Under the pieces are notes generated by a model. That model did no database searches. It saw only the letters and a list, made by a program, of their open reading frames with translations, and was not told the origin of the DNA. Source: Parcubacteria group bacterium Greene0416_36 (GTDB taxonomy: Bacteria > Patescibacteriota > Patescibacteriia > VMEV01). From it: DNA of 64,000 nucleotides. The position numbers and the translations under genes were made by a program. The stretch is from the NCBI GenBank assembly GCA_007375725.1, contig VMEV01000003.1, positions 50 to 64,049 of the forward strand. The letters run 5' to 3'. This document shows positions 45,022 to 55,981 of this stretch, piece by piece (positions within the stretch are counted from its first letter, which is position 1; each line of letters begins with the position of its first letter).

Positions 45022-48000
45022 ATGTTTAAACTGTCCACTTTTCCATGTCTTTTATTGGGGATCATCATGGCGGCAAGTTTCTTTGTTCCTCGGTCTTTCA
45101 ATCCTGAAATAGCTCTTGCCGCATCTCCTGATCTGGGATTGGCTCCCCTCGAAGACTCGGGACTGGCGACAGACACGGATTTACGGGTGATTATTGCTCG
45201 CATCATCCGTGCTATTTTAGGTTTCCTGGGTGTTTTAGCATTAGGTATTACGCTCTATGGCGGGTTTGTCTACATGACTGCCCGAGGCGATGCCGAGCGT
45301 GTCGAGACTGCGAAGAAGATTCTGCGCAATGGAGTGATCGGGCTTGTGATTATTATGGGCGCTTATACTATCGCTTCTTTCGTGATCCGGTCGCTTACCA
45401 GTGCTACTGGGGTGGGCGGGGGATCGGGGGCTGGTGGCCGCGGCGGGATTGGCGGTTTTGGGGCCGGCGGGTCGGATATTTTCACGGTGGATAATATTAC
45501 TCCCAAGGGTGATATTCCCATCAAAAATGTGGTGGTTCGTATTGTTTTTAATGCTTCCATTGAGCCGGGATCGATTCGTGACCGAATTTCTGTCTTGGAT
45601 TTATCTAGCGGGGAAGAAGTTTCGGGTCACTATGATGTGGCGGGCAATATTGTTGAGTTCACCCCGTCCCAAGCCTGTACCGAAGATCCCAAACGTTTTT
45701 GTTTTCTTGGCGATACTGAATTTGATGTCCGCGTGATCGAGGGAATTGTGGCCTCGGAAGTTCGAAAAACACAGAAGAATGCTTATCGAACAGATGGGAT
45801 TGATCCGGAAGGCGAGGAATCGCCCGAAGCCGCATTTGGGTCTGGTGCCATTACTTTGGCTTGCCGTGCTTTTGCTATTTCGGACAATTGTACGGCGAGA
45901 TTCAAAACGGGGAATCTAGTCGATTCATTAGGTCCTGATACCCGAATTATCAATCCTGCCGAGGGTCAGGGAGTTCCGGGAGGGGAAGAGGGGGCTTCGG
46001 TGGATGTTTTATTCGGAATCGAGGATAATTCAGGCATTTCTTATTCTCAATTATGGACTGCCAAAAAAGGAGAAGGTTTTAGCGAGGAAGGACTTTTTTC
46101 ACCCCTAGATGAAATCTCTCCCAGATCCGTAGAAGATGCTTTGATTCTTTGGAACACGGAAAATTTGGAAAAAGGGTCAATCTATAATTTAAAAATCGCT
46201 TCATTTGATATTGATACGAATTCCAAAGAATCCGAGATAATGTCGGTTATTGTGCGGCCTTTGCATTGTTTTGACGAAGAGTTGGATAAGGATTTGGGGG
46301 AGGTGGTAGCGGGTCCACCTGCTTGCGGAGGGGACTGTGGCCAGTGTGGAGGCGGAGTCTGTGTGACTTCTCTCGATTGTGCCCAAGGGGCGTGTCTGGC
46401 TGGAAAGTGCGTGTCTTTGCCTGAAATTTCTGAGGTATTCCCATCGGACGGTGCTTCCGGTACCTTTGTGACGGTCTATGGCCAAGGTTTTGGGGACGCC
46501 TTGGGAAAGGTGAGCTTTTTGGGAGGAGCGGGCCCAACGGACGATGTGGCGGCCTCTTTGCCAGGCGGCCAGTGCGGCAATACTTGGCATGATGATTTTG
46601 TCATTGTTGAAGTACCGAGTGCCGCTAAAACGGGTCCGATCAGCCTGTCCACCAGCCACGCCCTGATGGATACCACGGCCGATAGCCGGGGAATCCAGAT
46701 GGATTTTACCGTCAACAATAACCGCCGTCCCTCTATTTGTCTGGTAGATCCGGAGGTAGGGGAGCCTTTTTCTGATATTCGAGTAGTCGGCAAGAATTTT
46801 GGCCCCACCGCGGGTACAGGGGCGAATAAAAGCACGGTCAAATTTGGAAATATTTCCGCGCCTTCGGCTGTTTGGGGACCGGAATCCATTACCAATATAA
46901 AAATTCCGCTCTTACGTGGCGGAGAAACCTTTGTTTCCGTTGATACTGTTGCTTCCCAAAGCAATCGTGTGCCGTTCATGGTCAAAGAATCGGAAACCTT
47001 GCCTCGTATCGAAAAAATTATCCCTTCTTCTGGCCCGGTATCCCAATATATTACCCTCTCAGGAGTTAATTTTGGCTCTGCGGCAGGAAGTGTTGAATTC
47101 ATTGGTTCCGACGGGAAAACGACTTTGGCGGATATTGAATTCCCCAAAGAATGCAAGAGTAATTATTGGCATCCCGAGTCGGTTGTCGTGAAGGTTCCGC
47201 CTGTATTTTTGCAGGATGCTTCAGGGGAAATTTTATATCGTGTGATTCTCAAAACTTCCGGCGGAGCCCAGAGCAATTTTGTCGATTTCGACGTCAATAC
47301 AAGAGAGCGGACTCCCGGACTCTGCGCCATTTCTCCGGACAATGGCCCGGCTGGACTGGAAGCCACTGCCATTGGAGAAGGGTTTGGCGCCTTTGTGGCG
47401 GGGGATTCATCGGTGCGGTTTTCTGCGGCGGGAACCGGAGCTGCGGCTGGAATAGCGAGTTGGGATGTGAAATCCGTGGTAGTTTCTGTTCCTCCAGCGG
47501 CCCAGAGCGGGGATGTAATTTTGATTGATTCTACGGGTACCCAGTCCAATGGTGTTCTCTTTACCGTGGGTGTCTGTCAGGCGGATACATGTCAAGAAGG
47601 GCTGGTCTGTTGCGGCAATGGCGCCTGTTCCGCCCAGTGCGATGAGCCTGTTCCTTTTTGCGCGTATAAATGGTCTTTTTCGACCGGAAAAGTGGAAGGC
47701 TGGCCTTGCGCGGATGATGGAGATTGTTCTTGCCCTTCTGCTCCCACAGCCGATAATCCCTGTATGACCTGTTCGCCCTCGGGCGTTTGTCAGGCTTCCT
47801 GTTCTTCGGATGCCGACTGTCGGGAAGGGTCGAGCTGCCAGTGCGGGAGCGGGAAAAATTCGGCTTGTTTTTGTCAGAGTAATGCCCCCTTTGTGATAGA
47901 GGACGAGACTTGTGGAGAAAATTCCCAGAGCCCTTCTCCCTTCATCAGTTCCGAAGATGCCTGCACGAATGCCAAAATTTCTGCCCGTTTTTCAGTCAAT

Positions 48001-51000
48001 ATGTCAGATGATTCTTTGTTTATTTCTCCGGATGAAAATTTCTCCTCGATTCTGGTCAAAGAGTGTAATGCCGGAGACAGGCTGGATCCAGCCGGCTGCC
48101 GTTTGTTGGAGGGCGAGCTTTCTTTGATTAATTCCGGATTATCGGGAGAAGGTTTTATATTTGTCGGGGGTTCGGCAGATTCACCTCGGTCTCTCCGAAT
48201 CAATACTTGGTATCAGGTACTCATTCGTGGAGGAGACCATCCCCTAGCCGTGCGCGCGTCTCCTGAATTGGGTGGCCTCGCCATGAGAGAGGATTATATT
48301 TGGTCTTTTAAGACAAAAGAAAGTTGTACCGCTTCCAAGGTTTTGGTTTTACCGGGAGCGAAAACATTTACAGATCCTTCTCTAATCCAGAATTTTACTT
48401 CAGAGGCCGTAGCCGCGAACTGCAATATGATTACGGTTCCAGCATCGGACTGGAAATGGAGTACCCAAAAAAATGACGGGCCCTTTATTTCCATTTTCGA
48501 TGTACTGGATGATCATTCCGAGATTATTGGGGATGCCCAATCCGCCATGCCCGCGCCATTTGGACTTCTGACCCCAGCCAATGACCCCGCCCAGCTCACC
48601 GCCCAATTGTGCCGAGGGGGGAATGCGTGCTCAGCGGGGCTCCAAGACAGCGCGGATGTCTCGGTTTTATTCGATACGAGCTCACCCAATCCTCGGGTGA
48701 TTATCGATCCTTCGTGTTCCATTAATACCCAGAGCCCGTCTCCTTTTATGAGTAGTACCGGGGCTTGTGCTAATGCTTTGATATCTGCCCGATTCAATAA
48801 AGACATGAATGATGACCGATTATTGGATCCGAGCCAGGTACAGCTCCGCAAGTGTGGAGATGGAGACAAATTTGATTCTGGGGACTGCGATGATGTTCTT
48901 TCCGGTATCGATAGCAATGGAGATAGCAAAGCCGATGCCTTGAGTAAAGTGGGAGCGGATAATGCCGCGGGCGAAGGATTTTTATTTGTCCCATCGGCCG
49001 AAAAATTAGAGCCAGATACTTGGTATGAGGCGCGTATTGCCGGAGGCGATGGCGGCATGATTAGCGAGGACGGGTTTCCCATGAAAGAGGATTTCGTCTG
49101 GCACTGGAAGACCCGCAATAGCACCGCTCTTTGCGATATCTCAAGGGTTTTGGTGACTCCTCCTTCGGCTTTGGCGACTTTTAAAGGGGCCAAGACTCGA
49201 TACAGTGCGGTTCCCTTAGCTGCTAATTGCAATATTCTCCGTGGAAATTATTTGTGGAAATGGGATACAACGAATCCTCTGAATGATTTGCGTGTCGAAC
49301 TTTCCAATCCTCTAGGGGCGGATCTTCCCGATCCTATTCTCAGCACCGAACAGGTAGCAAATGCTTCTTTTGAAGACCTAGATCTTTCAGGATGGATCCG
49401 GTCGGCCCCAGCCTCGGCGGATTCAATCATCTTTAAGCGCGTTCCATCTCCAGGATTGCTCCGTGAAAATGCTCTCCGCATCGATAAGATTGGAGGCAAA
49501 GCGGATTCATTGTCCGAGGGCGTGGCACTAGATCCGGGAGTCCACTATCGACTGCGTGTCCATTTCAAAACTGATGCAGGCACGTCTTTGCCCCTTGTAT
49601 TGGATGAATCGGGCAGCGGATCCATTATTTTGGCTCTCGATTTGAATTCTGCTTCTTTTGTCGAACATTTTGAGGATTTTAAGGTTCCCGATTTCGCCAA
49701 ATCTCCTCGGATCCGCTTTTCTGCAGCCGCGGGACAGGTTTTGGGCGCTTTTGTCAACGAGATTTCCATCCGCGAGGTAATCGAATCTGGAGGAGCCATT
49801 ATTGCCGAGGCTCGTAGCCAAACCTTGGTCGAAAATCCCATTCATATTCGCGCGGCCATTTTGCCGAGCCTCAAATCTGATACTGGAGACCTGTATATTG
49901 TATTCAATAAGCCCAGAGTGGTGGAGCAATATCCGATTTGTCAGTCGGCGTGTCTGAATGCTGCTTTGGGGGGGCGCTTCAATTCAGCGATGGATTTGGA
50001 TTCTTTGGAAGACAATATGGAACTTTGGTCCTGTGAGAATGCAGTCTGTGCTTCGGGATCAGCGAAAAATATTTCTATCGCCGGAAGCAATGCCGATATA
50101 ACCGCCGAATTTGGAACGATTTTTAACTTGTCTCCTCTTTCGAATCGCGGTCTTTTGGAAAAAGACCGCCAATATCGCATTGTTATTCGCGGCGGAACCT
50201 CTGGAGTCAAAAGCGGGGAGGGGGTGGTGCTCGATGGATTGAACTTTGATTCTAATGGCGACGGGATCAAGGATAGTTATTCTTGGACCTTTAAAACTTC
50301 CACCAATCTTTGCGTGGTTGCTTCGGTGGGTGTATTGCCTTTATTCAAGGAGAAATTCTTGATCGGCGTGGATCAGGATTATGTGGCTATGCCCGCGGGA
50401 ACGGGGGACTCCTGCAATCCTAATGGCCAGAAAATTAATCCTCTGACCGTAGATTGGAGATGGTTGTCTTCGGTCAATACCGTTGCTTCTATTTCGCAGG
50501 GCGATCTCGAGCCTGCCGAACTTTTGGACAATCGCATCGATCCTTTTCAGACCGCCACGACCGAGGGCCCGGGCGAAACGGAAATCATCGCTTCCAATGA
50601 GCCCCCCACCGCGGAAGGCAAGGCTAAGCTGAAGGTGACTTGCGGACTTAAAAATGATACGGACTGCAAGGACTCCGATATCGAAACTTCTATATTTGAG
50701 TGGGGAATCAATCGTGGGAGCGGGTGTTGCTTTGCTAGGCCGCGGGTAATTGTTCCTCTGGGCGCTTTTGACGACGAATCGGTTCCGGACAATGCGCTTC
50801 CACTATTGGGGGCTGCGTTTCCAAAGCCGGGAATCAATGCCGGGTTTAGCGGCGATCTGCTCCATCCAAATCCAGCCGCCCTGCCTTTGGTCTGCCGCAA
50901 CGCTTTGATTGCCGCCCAGTTCAGTGAAAGGATGAATTTGGCGGATCTTACAAGTAATAATATTATTGTCCAGATCAATAATAGCAATAAGCCTTGCGGC

Positions 51001-52224
51001 GCCGTGGTTGGCCGTTCTTTGTTAGAAAGAATCAAAGATACGCTCCTGTCTTTGGGCGGATCAACCACCCGCGCGGAGGACACTTTTTGCACGGTCGATG
51101 GCCGTCTGTTCGTGTCCAATCAAGGGACCCATGGCATGTTCAGATGGAAGCCGGACGAATTGATGCAAGGGGGTTCGGTATATCGGGTGACGATTAAGGG
51201 GGGGCGTTTTGATGAATCTCGAAGAAATATTAGGGGAGGCATAAAAGGAGCGGCGGGCGTGAGTTTGGCCGGAGATTTTGTCTGGGAATTTAAGGTTAAG
51301 GATGAAATCTGCGAGATTCGGTCCGTGGATGTGGAAGTGTCGAGATTCAATGGGGATCCCTCTTTTGCTGGCTTTGATTTCTTTCGATGTGGTCTCCGAG
51401 ATGATTGTTTGGATGATTTATATTCGGAGAGATCGGGATTGCCGGTGCCGGAAAATCAGCACAAATATACTCCTTATGCTTATGACAAGGACCGCCAATT
51501 GATTGATGCCAATTTTTCGTGGGTGAATTCTAATGGAACCGTACTTTCTATTTGTTCCGAAGGTTCTTCTTGTCCGGTGGATTTGAATGCCTCGGGGGTG
51601 GATGGGCGTTTGGCCAAGGATGATTTAGCGGGCGGAGCCGCTATTTCAACCATTTCTAAGAATGGCCATGCTCTCGTTACTGTATTGGCCCAGGGTCCAG
51701 AAGGCGTGGGCGGCTCCGCTTCCAAGACGATTCGTATCGACTCTTTCATGTGCCAGAACCCTTGGCCGTCGTCCAAAACCTTTCCTTTTACGGACAGCGG
51801 CGAGCTGGCAACGAATTTCAGTTTCTTCTATTGCCGGGATGCCGGAGGTCCAGGTTTGGAAGATGATCTGCCTCCGCTCTCATCTCCGGTCGTTGTCGCT
51901 CCCGGAGACACGCCCGCGGATGTGATCAAAGACTCCAATTGTCCAGGTGTTTCATCCTTTGTTTGCGGCGACGACGGAAAGACTTATAATAATGAATGTG
52001 TCGCTAAGTCCAAGAATGTTTCTATTTTACGCAAGGGCCGTTGCGACATAGGACTCATCAAAGAATTGCTCTTCTTTGTGGATGTTCCCGATAATGTGGT
52101 GCGGAATCTAGAATGTAAGGGAGCCGTGGAATATCTCTGCGGAGCCGATAATAAAACGTATTACAATCGATGCGTTGCCGATAAAGCAGGCATCGCGATT
52201 GCCCGAATAGGCAAGTGTAAATAA
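45022..52224 (+). CDS. Giant 2400-aa Cys-rich surface protein: pilin-like anchor, Big_5, IPT/TIG repeats, CBM-like domain, two Kazal-like domains
   Basis: N-terminus paralogous to the previous gene; 'P..G..G..VT..G..FG' IPT repeats; 'NASFE' CBM-like start; 'CGDDGKTYNNEC' and 'CGADNKTYYNRC'. Confidence 0.85.
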   Translation: MFKLSTFPCLLLGIIMAASFFVPRSFNPEIALAASPDLGLAPLEDSGLATDTDLRVIIARIIRAILGFLGVLALGITLYGGFVYMTARGDAERVETAKKILRNGVIGLVIIMGAYTIASFVIRSLTSATGVGGGSGAGGRGGIGGFGAGGSDIFTVDNITPKGDIPIKNVVVRIVFNASIEPGSIRDRISVLDLSSGEEVSGHYDVAGNIVEFTPSQACTEDPKRFCFLGDTEFDVRVIEGIVASEVRKTQKNAYRTDGIDPEGEESPEAAFGSGAITLACRAFAISDNCTARFKTGNLVDSLGPDTRIINPAEGQGVPGGEEGASVDVLFGIEDNSGISYSQLWTAKKGEGFSEEGLFSPLDEISPRSVEDALILWNTENLEKGSIYNLKIASFDIDTNSKESEIMSVIVRPLHCFDEELDKDLGEVVAGPPACGGDCGQCGGGVCVTSLDCAQGACLAGKCVSLPEISEVFPSDGASGTFVTVYGQGFGDALGKVSFLGGAGPTDDVAASLPGGQCGNTWHDDFVIVEVPSAAKTGPISLSTSHALMDTTADSRGIQMDFTVNNNRRPSICLVDPEVGEPFSDIRVVGKNFGPTAGTGANKSTVKFGNISAPSAVWGPESITNIKIPLLRGGETFVSVDTVASQSNRVPFMVKESETLPRIEKIIPSSGPVSQYITLSGVNFGSAAGSVEFIGSDGKTTLADIEFPKECKSNYWHPESVVVKVPPVFLQDASGEILYRVILKTSGGAQSNFVDFDVNTRERTPGLCAISPDNGPAGLEATAIGEGFGAFVAGDSSVRFSAAGTGAAAGIASWDVKSVVVSVPPAAQSGDVILIDSTGTQSNGVLFTVGVCQADTCQEGLVCCGNGACSAQCDEPVPFCAYKWSFSTGKVEGWPCADDGDCSCPSAPTADNPCMTCSPSGVCQASCSSDADCREGSSCQCGSGKNSACFCQSNAPFVIEDETCGENSQSPSPFISSEDACTNAKISARFSVNMSDDSLFISPDENFSSILVKECNAGDRLDPAGCRLLEGELSLINSGLSGEGFIFVGGSADSPRSLRINTWYQVLIRGGDHPLAVRASPELGGLAMREDYIWSFKTKESCTASKVLVLPGAKTFTDPSLIQNFTSEAVAANCNMITVPASDWKWSTQKNDGPFISIFDVLDDHSEIIGDAQSAMPAPFGLLTPANDPAQLTAQLCRGGNACSAGLQDSADVSVLFDTSSPNPRVIIDPSCSINTQSPSPFMSSTGACANALISARFNKDMNDDRLLDPSQVQLRKCGDGDKFDSGDCDDVLSGIDSNGDSKADALSKVGADNAAGEGFLFVPSAEKLEPDTWYEARIAGGDGGMISEDGFPMKEDFVWHWKTRNSTALCDISRVLVTPPSALATFKGAKTRYSAVPLAANCNILRGNYLWKWDTTNPLNDLRVELSNPLGADLPDPILSTEQVANASFEDLDLSGWIRSAPASADSIIFKRVPSPGLLRENALRIDKIGGKADSLSEGVALDPGVHYRLRVHFKTDAGTSLPLVLDESGSGSIILALDLNSASFVEHFEDFKVPDFAKSPRIRFSAAAGQVLGAFVNEISIREVIESGGAIIAEARSQTLVENPIHIRAAILPSLKSDTGDLYIVFNKPRVVEQYPICQSACLNAALGGRFNSAMDLDSLEDNMELWSCENAVCASGSAKNISIAGSNADITAEFGTIFNLSPLSNRGLLEKDRQYRIVIRGGTSGVKSGEGVVLDGLNFDSNGDGIKDSYSWTFKTSTNLCVVASVGVLPLFKEKFLIGVDQDYVAMPAGTGDSCNPNGQKINPLTVDWRWLSSVNTVASISQGDLEPAELLDNRIDPFQTATTEGPGETEIIASNEPPTAEGKAKLKVTCGLKNDTDCKDSDIETSIFEWGINRGSGCCFARPRVIVPLGAFDDESVPDNALPLLGAAFPKPGINAGFSGDLLHPNPAALPLVCRNALIAAQFSERMNLADLTSNNIIVQINNSNKPCGAVVGRSLLERIKDTLLSLGGSTTRAEDTFCTVDGRLFVSNQGTHGMFRWKPDELMQGGSVYRVTIKGGRFDESRRNIRGGIKGAAGVSLAGDFVWEFKVKDEICEIRSVDVEVSRFNGDPSFAGFDFFRCGLRDDCLDDLYSERSGLPVPENQHKYTPYAYDKDRQLIDANFSWVNSNGTVLSICSEGSSCPVDLNASGVDGRLAKDDLAGGAAISTISKNGHALVTVLAQGPEGVGGSASKTIRIDSFMCQNPWPSSKTFPFTDSGELATNFSFFYCRDAGGPGLEDDLPPLSSPVVVAPGDTPADVIKDSNCPGVSSFVCGDDGKTYNNECVAKSKNVSILRKGRCDIGLIKELLFFVDVPDNVVRNLECKGAVEYLCGADNKTYYNRCVADKAGIAIARIGKCK

Positions 52225-52242
52225 TCTAAAATAAAATCGTTT

Positions 52243-52725
52243 ATGTTTGACGATGTCACTAAAACCGATCGAGAAAAAAGCGAACCCGTGGATATTTTCG
52301 AGAGCGTGCTAGATGAGGTATCTAGCGCTCCCGTGCCCATGGGCCAAGATCAAGAGGGCGTTCCTATTCCTTCTTCTTCAGTTTGGGCTATGGTCAAGAT
52401 TGGGGCTGCTGTCGGAGCCCTTCTCCTCTTGGCAGGAGCCGGACTTTATTATTGGAAAATGAGCGGAGCCCAAAACTGGGGAGGCGCCGTCGAGGTAAGA
52501 GAGGCCAAAAAGATTACGCCTCCGGCTTCTCTCGAGCCGGTGGAAAAAGAAGCTCCTTTGGATCTGAAACTAGACAGCGACGGAGATGGATTATTAGATG
52601 CTGAAGAGCAAAATGTCTATAAAACCAACCCGTTTTTATCGGATACGGATCGGGATGGATATACGGATGCACAGGAAATTTCAGCCGGCTATAATCCTAT
52701 TGGGGACGGGAAATTGAATCCCTAA
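52243..52725 (+). CDS. Membrane-anchored protein with bacterial TSP3-like Ca-binding repeats
   Basis: TM helix; DSDGDGLLDAEE...TNP..SDTDRDGYTD.QE. Confidence 0.85.
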   Translation: MFDDVTKTDREKSEPVDIFESVLDEVSSAPVPMGQDQEGVPIPSSSVWAMVKIGAAVGALLLLAGAGLYYWKMSGAQNWGGAVEVREAKKITPPASLEPVEKEAPLDLKLDSDGDGLLDAEEQNVYKTNPFLSDTDRDGYTDAQEISAGYNPIGDGKLNP

Positions 52726-52768
52726 AAAAGTGAAGGGGCAGAGAATTATTTTAAATAAAACCGCGAAT

Positions 52769-53779
52769 ATGAACGGACCTGAAAAACAAGAGACAGGCAC
52801 AGTGCCTGTTTCCAAAGAGAATGAATCTTCTCCCATTTCTATGTTTGTCATGCCCGAGAAATTTGTTGGGTTAGGCAGCAAGAGGGAGGGAATGGGAGGG
52901 GGAAATAAATTGCCTCTAGCTATCGGCGGCGTTTTAGTTTTAGCTTCAGGCATTTTGTTTTTATTAAGAGATCAGTTGTTTGGGCCCGCTCCTGTTATTC
53001 CTGCTCCTAGCGTGGCCAAGCAAACTCCGGAGTCCAAGGCTCCTCTCGCCTCAGAACCTCCCAAAGAAAAAGCTCCGATTGTGGAAGAGAAGCAAGAACC
53101 TCCCAAGGAAGAGTTCCCGGCCGAGGCAGAGCTCCCTTCTTTGGCTGTGGAATATATCTCGGCCAGAGATTCGGACCAGGACGGCCTGACCGACACGGAG
53201 GAATTGATTTTTAATACTTTTCCCAACCGGCCGGACAGCGACGGGGATGGTCATGTAGACAGCGCCGAGATACTTAATTTCTATAATCCCACGGGAAACG
53301 CGCCGAGCAATCTCGCGAGTTCCGGATTGGTCTCGACTTATGAGAATAAAGATTATGAATATTTCGTTTTTTATCCAGCCAACTGGATCCGCGATATTAT
53401 TTCTTCCAAAAAAGTAATTTGGTCCACGCAGACAGAAGAGAAAATAGAAATATCCATCGAGGATAATCCGACAAAAAAGACGATTACGGAATGGTATAAG
53501 GAGAAACATCCGGAAGCGGCCGCGGATCTTATCAATACTTTTACGACCAAGAATGGATTACGGGGCGTAAAAAGCAAGAATGGTCTCTATATCTATATGA
53601 TCAAGCCAGTTGAAGCTTCTATTACGAACGAGGCCAAAGGGACTCTGGTTTATGCCCTGCGTTATCTGCCCGGGAGTAGAACCGAACTTAATTTCCGCAC
53701 CTCATTTGAACTCATGAAGGAGAGCTTTACGATTGCCGCGCCTCCCGCATTGCCTGAACCGCTCGAGCTTGCTTTATGA
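52769..53779 (+). CDS. Membrane-anchored protein with Pro-rich linker, TSP3-like repeats and a PsbP-like C-terminal domain
   Basis: DSDQDGLTDTEE, DSDGDGHVDSAE, 'TYEN..Y....YPANW'; start uncertain (52730 or the ATG near 52769). Confidence 0.75.
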   Translation: MNGPEKQETGTVPVSKENESSPISMFVMPEKFVGLGSKREGMGGGNKLPLAIGGVLVLASGILFLLRDQLFGPAPVIPAPSVAKQTPESKAPLASEPPKEKAPIVEEKQEPPKEEFPAEAELPSLAVEYISARDSDQDGLTDTEELIFNTFPNRPDSDGDGHVDSAEILNFYNPTGNAPSNLASSGLVSTYENKDYEYFVFYPANWIRDIISSKKVIWSTQTEEKIEISIEDNPTKKTITEWYKEKHPEAAADLINTFTTKNGLRGVKSKNGLYIYMIKPVEASITNEAKGTLVYALRYLPGSRTELNFRTSFELMKESFTIAAPPALPEPLELAL

Positions 53780-54243
53780 TCATGATTTGGGAATACAGGC
53801 AGAATGCGGGCGAGCATTGTATCCTTGCCAAATTCATATCGGATATTTTAGGCCGAGTATCTTTCGGTTTAGGTCTGGACTGGAAGTGGAGCCAAAATGT
53901 CCAGGCGGGCAGAGGGATTTTGTCGTGTGTGATCGTAGGGGAAAGACGCATCAAAAGTCTTAATGCGGAGTGCCGCAATCAATCCAAAATAACTGATGTT
54001 CTTTCTTTTGGATCATTGGAAGAGAAAAGCGGCGAGCAATTGTGGGGCGAGATTTTTATCTGTTATAATGTGGCCGAGAGGCAGGCTAAAGAGTACGGAC
54101 ATTCCTTGGAGCGTGAGGTTGAAATTTTGTTCGTGCACGGACTCCTGCATTTATTCGGTTATGACCATCATACCGCCCGGGACCGAAGAGAGATGCAACA
54201 TATAGAGGAAAAAATAGTCGGCGGAGGACTTATTGGCAGGTAA
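53776..54243 (+). CDS. ybeY: rRNA maturation endoribonuclease YbeY
   Basis: TDVLSF, GEIFI, HGLLHLFGYDH. Confidence 0.94.
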   Translation: MIMIWEYRQNAGEHCILAKFISDILGRVSFGLGLDWKWSQNVQAGRGILSCVIVGERRIKSLNAECRNQSKITDVLSFGSLEEKSGEQLWGEIFICYNVAERQAKEYGHSLEREVEILFVHGLLHLFGYDHHTARDRREMQHIEEKIVGGGLIGR

Positions 54244-54249
54244 ATTTTT

Positions 54250-54627
54250 ATGCGTTTTTTATTTTCAATTCAAAGAGCCAGTGCAGGTTTTATGAAAGCT
54301 TTAGAGACCGAGCCCCATTTGAGAATTGAGTGCGTGGCCGGTTTTTTAGTCGTGGCTTTAGGTTTGTTTTTGCACCTGTCTCTTTTGGAGTGGATTGTGG
54401 TTTTTTTGCTGGTGGGATGGGTGATCAGCCTAGAGCTTCTCAATTCGGTTTTTGAAAGAGTTTTGGATATTTTTAAGCCCCGTTTGCATTCCGCGGTCGG
54501 GGAAGTCAAAGATTTGCTCTCCGCTATGGTCCTGTGGAGTGCCTTTATTTCGACGGTCATTGGCTTCCTGATTTTTTTCCCAAAATTACTGATATTTTTC
54601 GTTGAACATTTTATCCGAATTGGATAA
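54250..54627 (+). CDS. dgkA: Diacylglycerol/undecaprenol kinase
   Basis: ELLNS.FE..LD, VKDL.SA.V, three TM helices. Confidence 0.88.
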   Translation: MRFLFSIQRASAGFMKALETEPHLRIECVAGFLVVALGLFLHLSLLEWIVVFLLVGWVISLELLNSVFERVLDIFKPRLHSAVGEVKDLLSAMVLWSAFISTVIGFLIFFPKLLIFFVEHFIRIG

Positions 54628-54697
54628 AATATGAGAAGGTTTTTTATTATGCGCTTTCCGCGCATCCGCCTCATGCGGGTTAAATTTGACTAATTTC

Positions 54698-55945
54698 ATG
54701 TCTAGGGATGAGATCATCACAGGAATTGATGTGGGTTCCCGATCCGTCAGGGTTGTCGTGGGACAAAGGATTCCAGAACGCGAGAAGGGTTCGGCTCTTC
54801 AAGTAATCGGCGTGTCCGAATGTCCTTCCGAGGGCATCAGCAAGGGCGTCATCAAAAGCATCGAGGATGCGGTGAGCTCTATTTCACTGTGCCTTGAAAA
54901 AGCAGAACGCATGGCCGGCGTTCCGATCGAACATTCCTATATCAGCATTTCCGGTGCGCATGTAATCTCTCAGACATCCAAGGGGGTTATTGCCGTATCG
55001 AAGGCGGACGGGGAGATTCATGAAGAGGATGTAGACCGCGTGATCGAAGCGGCTCAGGCGGTGGCGACTCCTCCCAACTATGAAATTTTACATGTGATTC
55101 CTAAATTTTTTACCATCGACAGCCAGTCAGGGATCAAGGATCCGATCGGCATGACGGGCGTTCGCCTCGAGGTGGAGGCGCAGATTATTTTGGGGCTTTC
55201 TTCCCAGATCAAAAATCTGACTAAAGCTATTTATCGGACTGGAGTGGATATCGATGATTTGGTTTTGGGCAGTCTTGCGGGAAGTGAAAGCGTGCTGACT
55301 AAGCGTCAGAAAGAATTGGGGGTTGGACTCCTCAATATGGGAGGGGCGACGACGGCTTTGGTGGTTTTTGAAGAAGGCGAAGTTCTGCACTCTGCGGTTT
55401 TGGCCGTGGGGTCTGACCACATAACCGCGGACATTGCCATTGGTCTGCGCACTTCTTTTGACGTGGCCGAACAGATTAAGATACTTTATGGCTGTGCTCT
55501 GCCGGAAGAAATAGACAAAGATGAAAAAATTTCTCTCAAAGAATTCACCCAAGAAGACGTTAACTATTCTCGCCGTCAAATTGCTTCTATTATCGAAGCG
55601 CGCCTTGAAGAAATATATGAGATGGTGGATCGTGAACTCCGTAAAATCAATAGAAGTGGGCTTTTGCCGGCCGGCATTGTGCTCTCCGGCGGAGGGGCAA
55701 AACTTAAGGGATCGTTGGAAGTGGCCAAGCGCAAGTTTCGTCTGCCTGCGACTATTGGGTATCCAGAACTGGCTACTTCCATTGAAAAGCTCAATGATCC
55801 TGCCTATGCTGTAGCTGTGGGATTGGTTTTGTGGGGCAATCGAGTGGCGGATTCATCCGGAGGGGGCAAATCGACCTTTCGTTTTTCAGCCGTGGAGGGA
55901 GTGAAAGAGAAGATCAAGGATTGGATACGGTCTCTGATCCCTTAA
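54698..55945 (+). CDS. ftsA: Cell division protein FtsA
   Basis: GIDVGS, P.GMTGVRLE, GIVLSGGGAKL, amphipathic C-terminal helix. Confidence 0.97.
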   Translation: MSRDEIITGIDVGSRSVRVVVGQRIPEREKGSALQVIGVSECPSEGISKGVIKSIEDAVSSISLCLEKAERMAGVPIEHSYISISGAHVISQTSKGVIAVSKADGEIHEEDVDRVIEAAQAVATPPNYEILHVIPKFFTIDSQSGIKDPIGMTGVRLEVEAQIILGLSSQIKNLTKAIYRTGVDIDDLVLGSLAGSESVLTKRQKELGVGLLNMGGATTALVVFEEGEVLHSAVLAVGSDHITADIAIGLRTSFDVAEQIKILYGCALPEEIDKDEKISLKEFTQEDVNYSRRQIASIIEARLEEIYEMVDRELRKINRSGLLPAGIVLSGGGAKLKGSLEVAKRKFRLPATIGYPELATSIEKLNDPAYAVAVGLVLWGNRVADSSGGGKSTFRFSAVEGVKEKIKDWIRSLIP

Positions 55946-55981
55946 GTCAGGCGGAGGGGGCTATTTTAAAAAAAATTTCAT

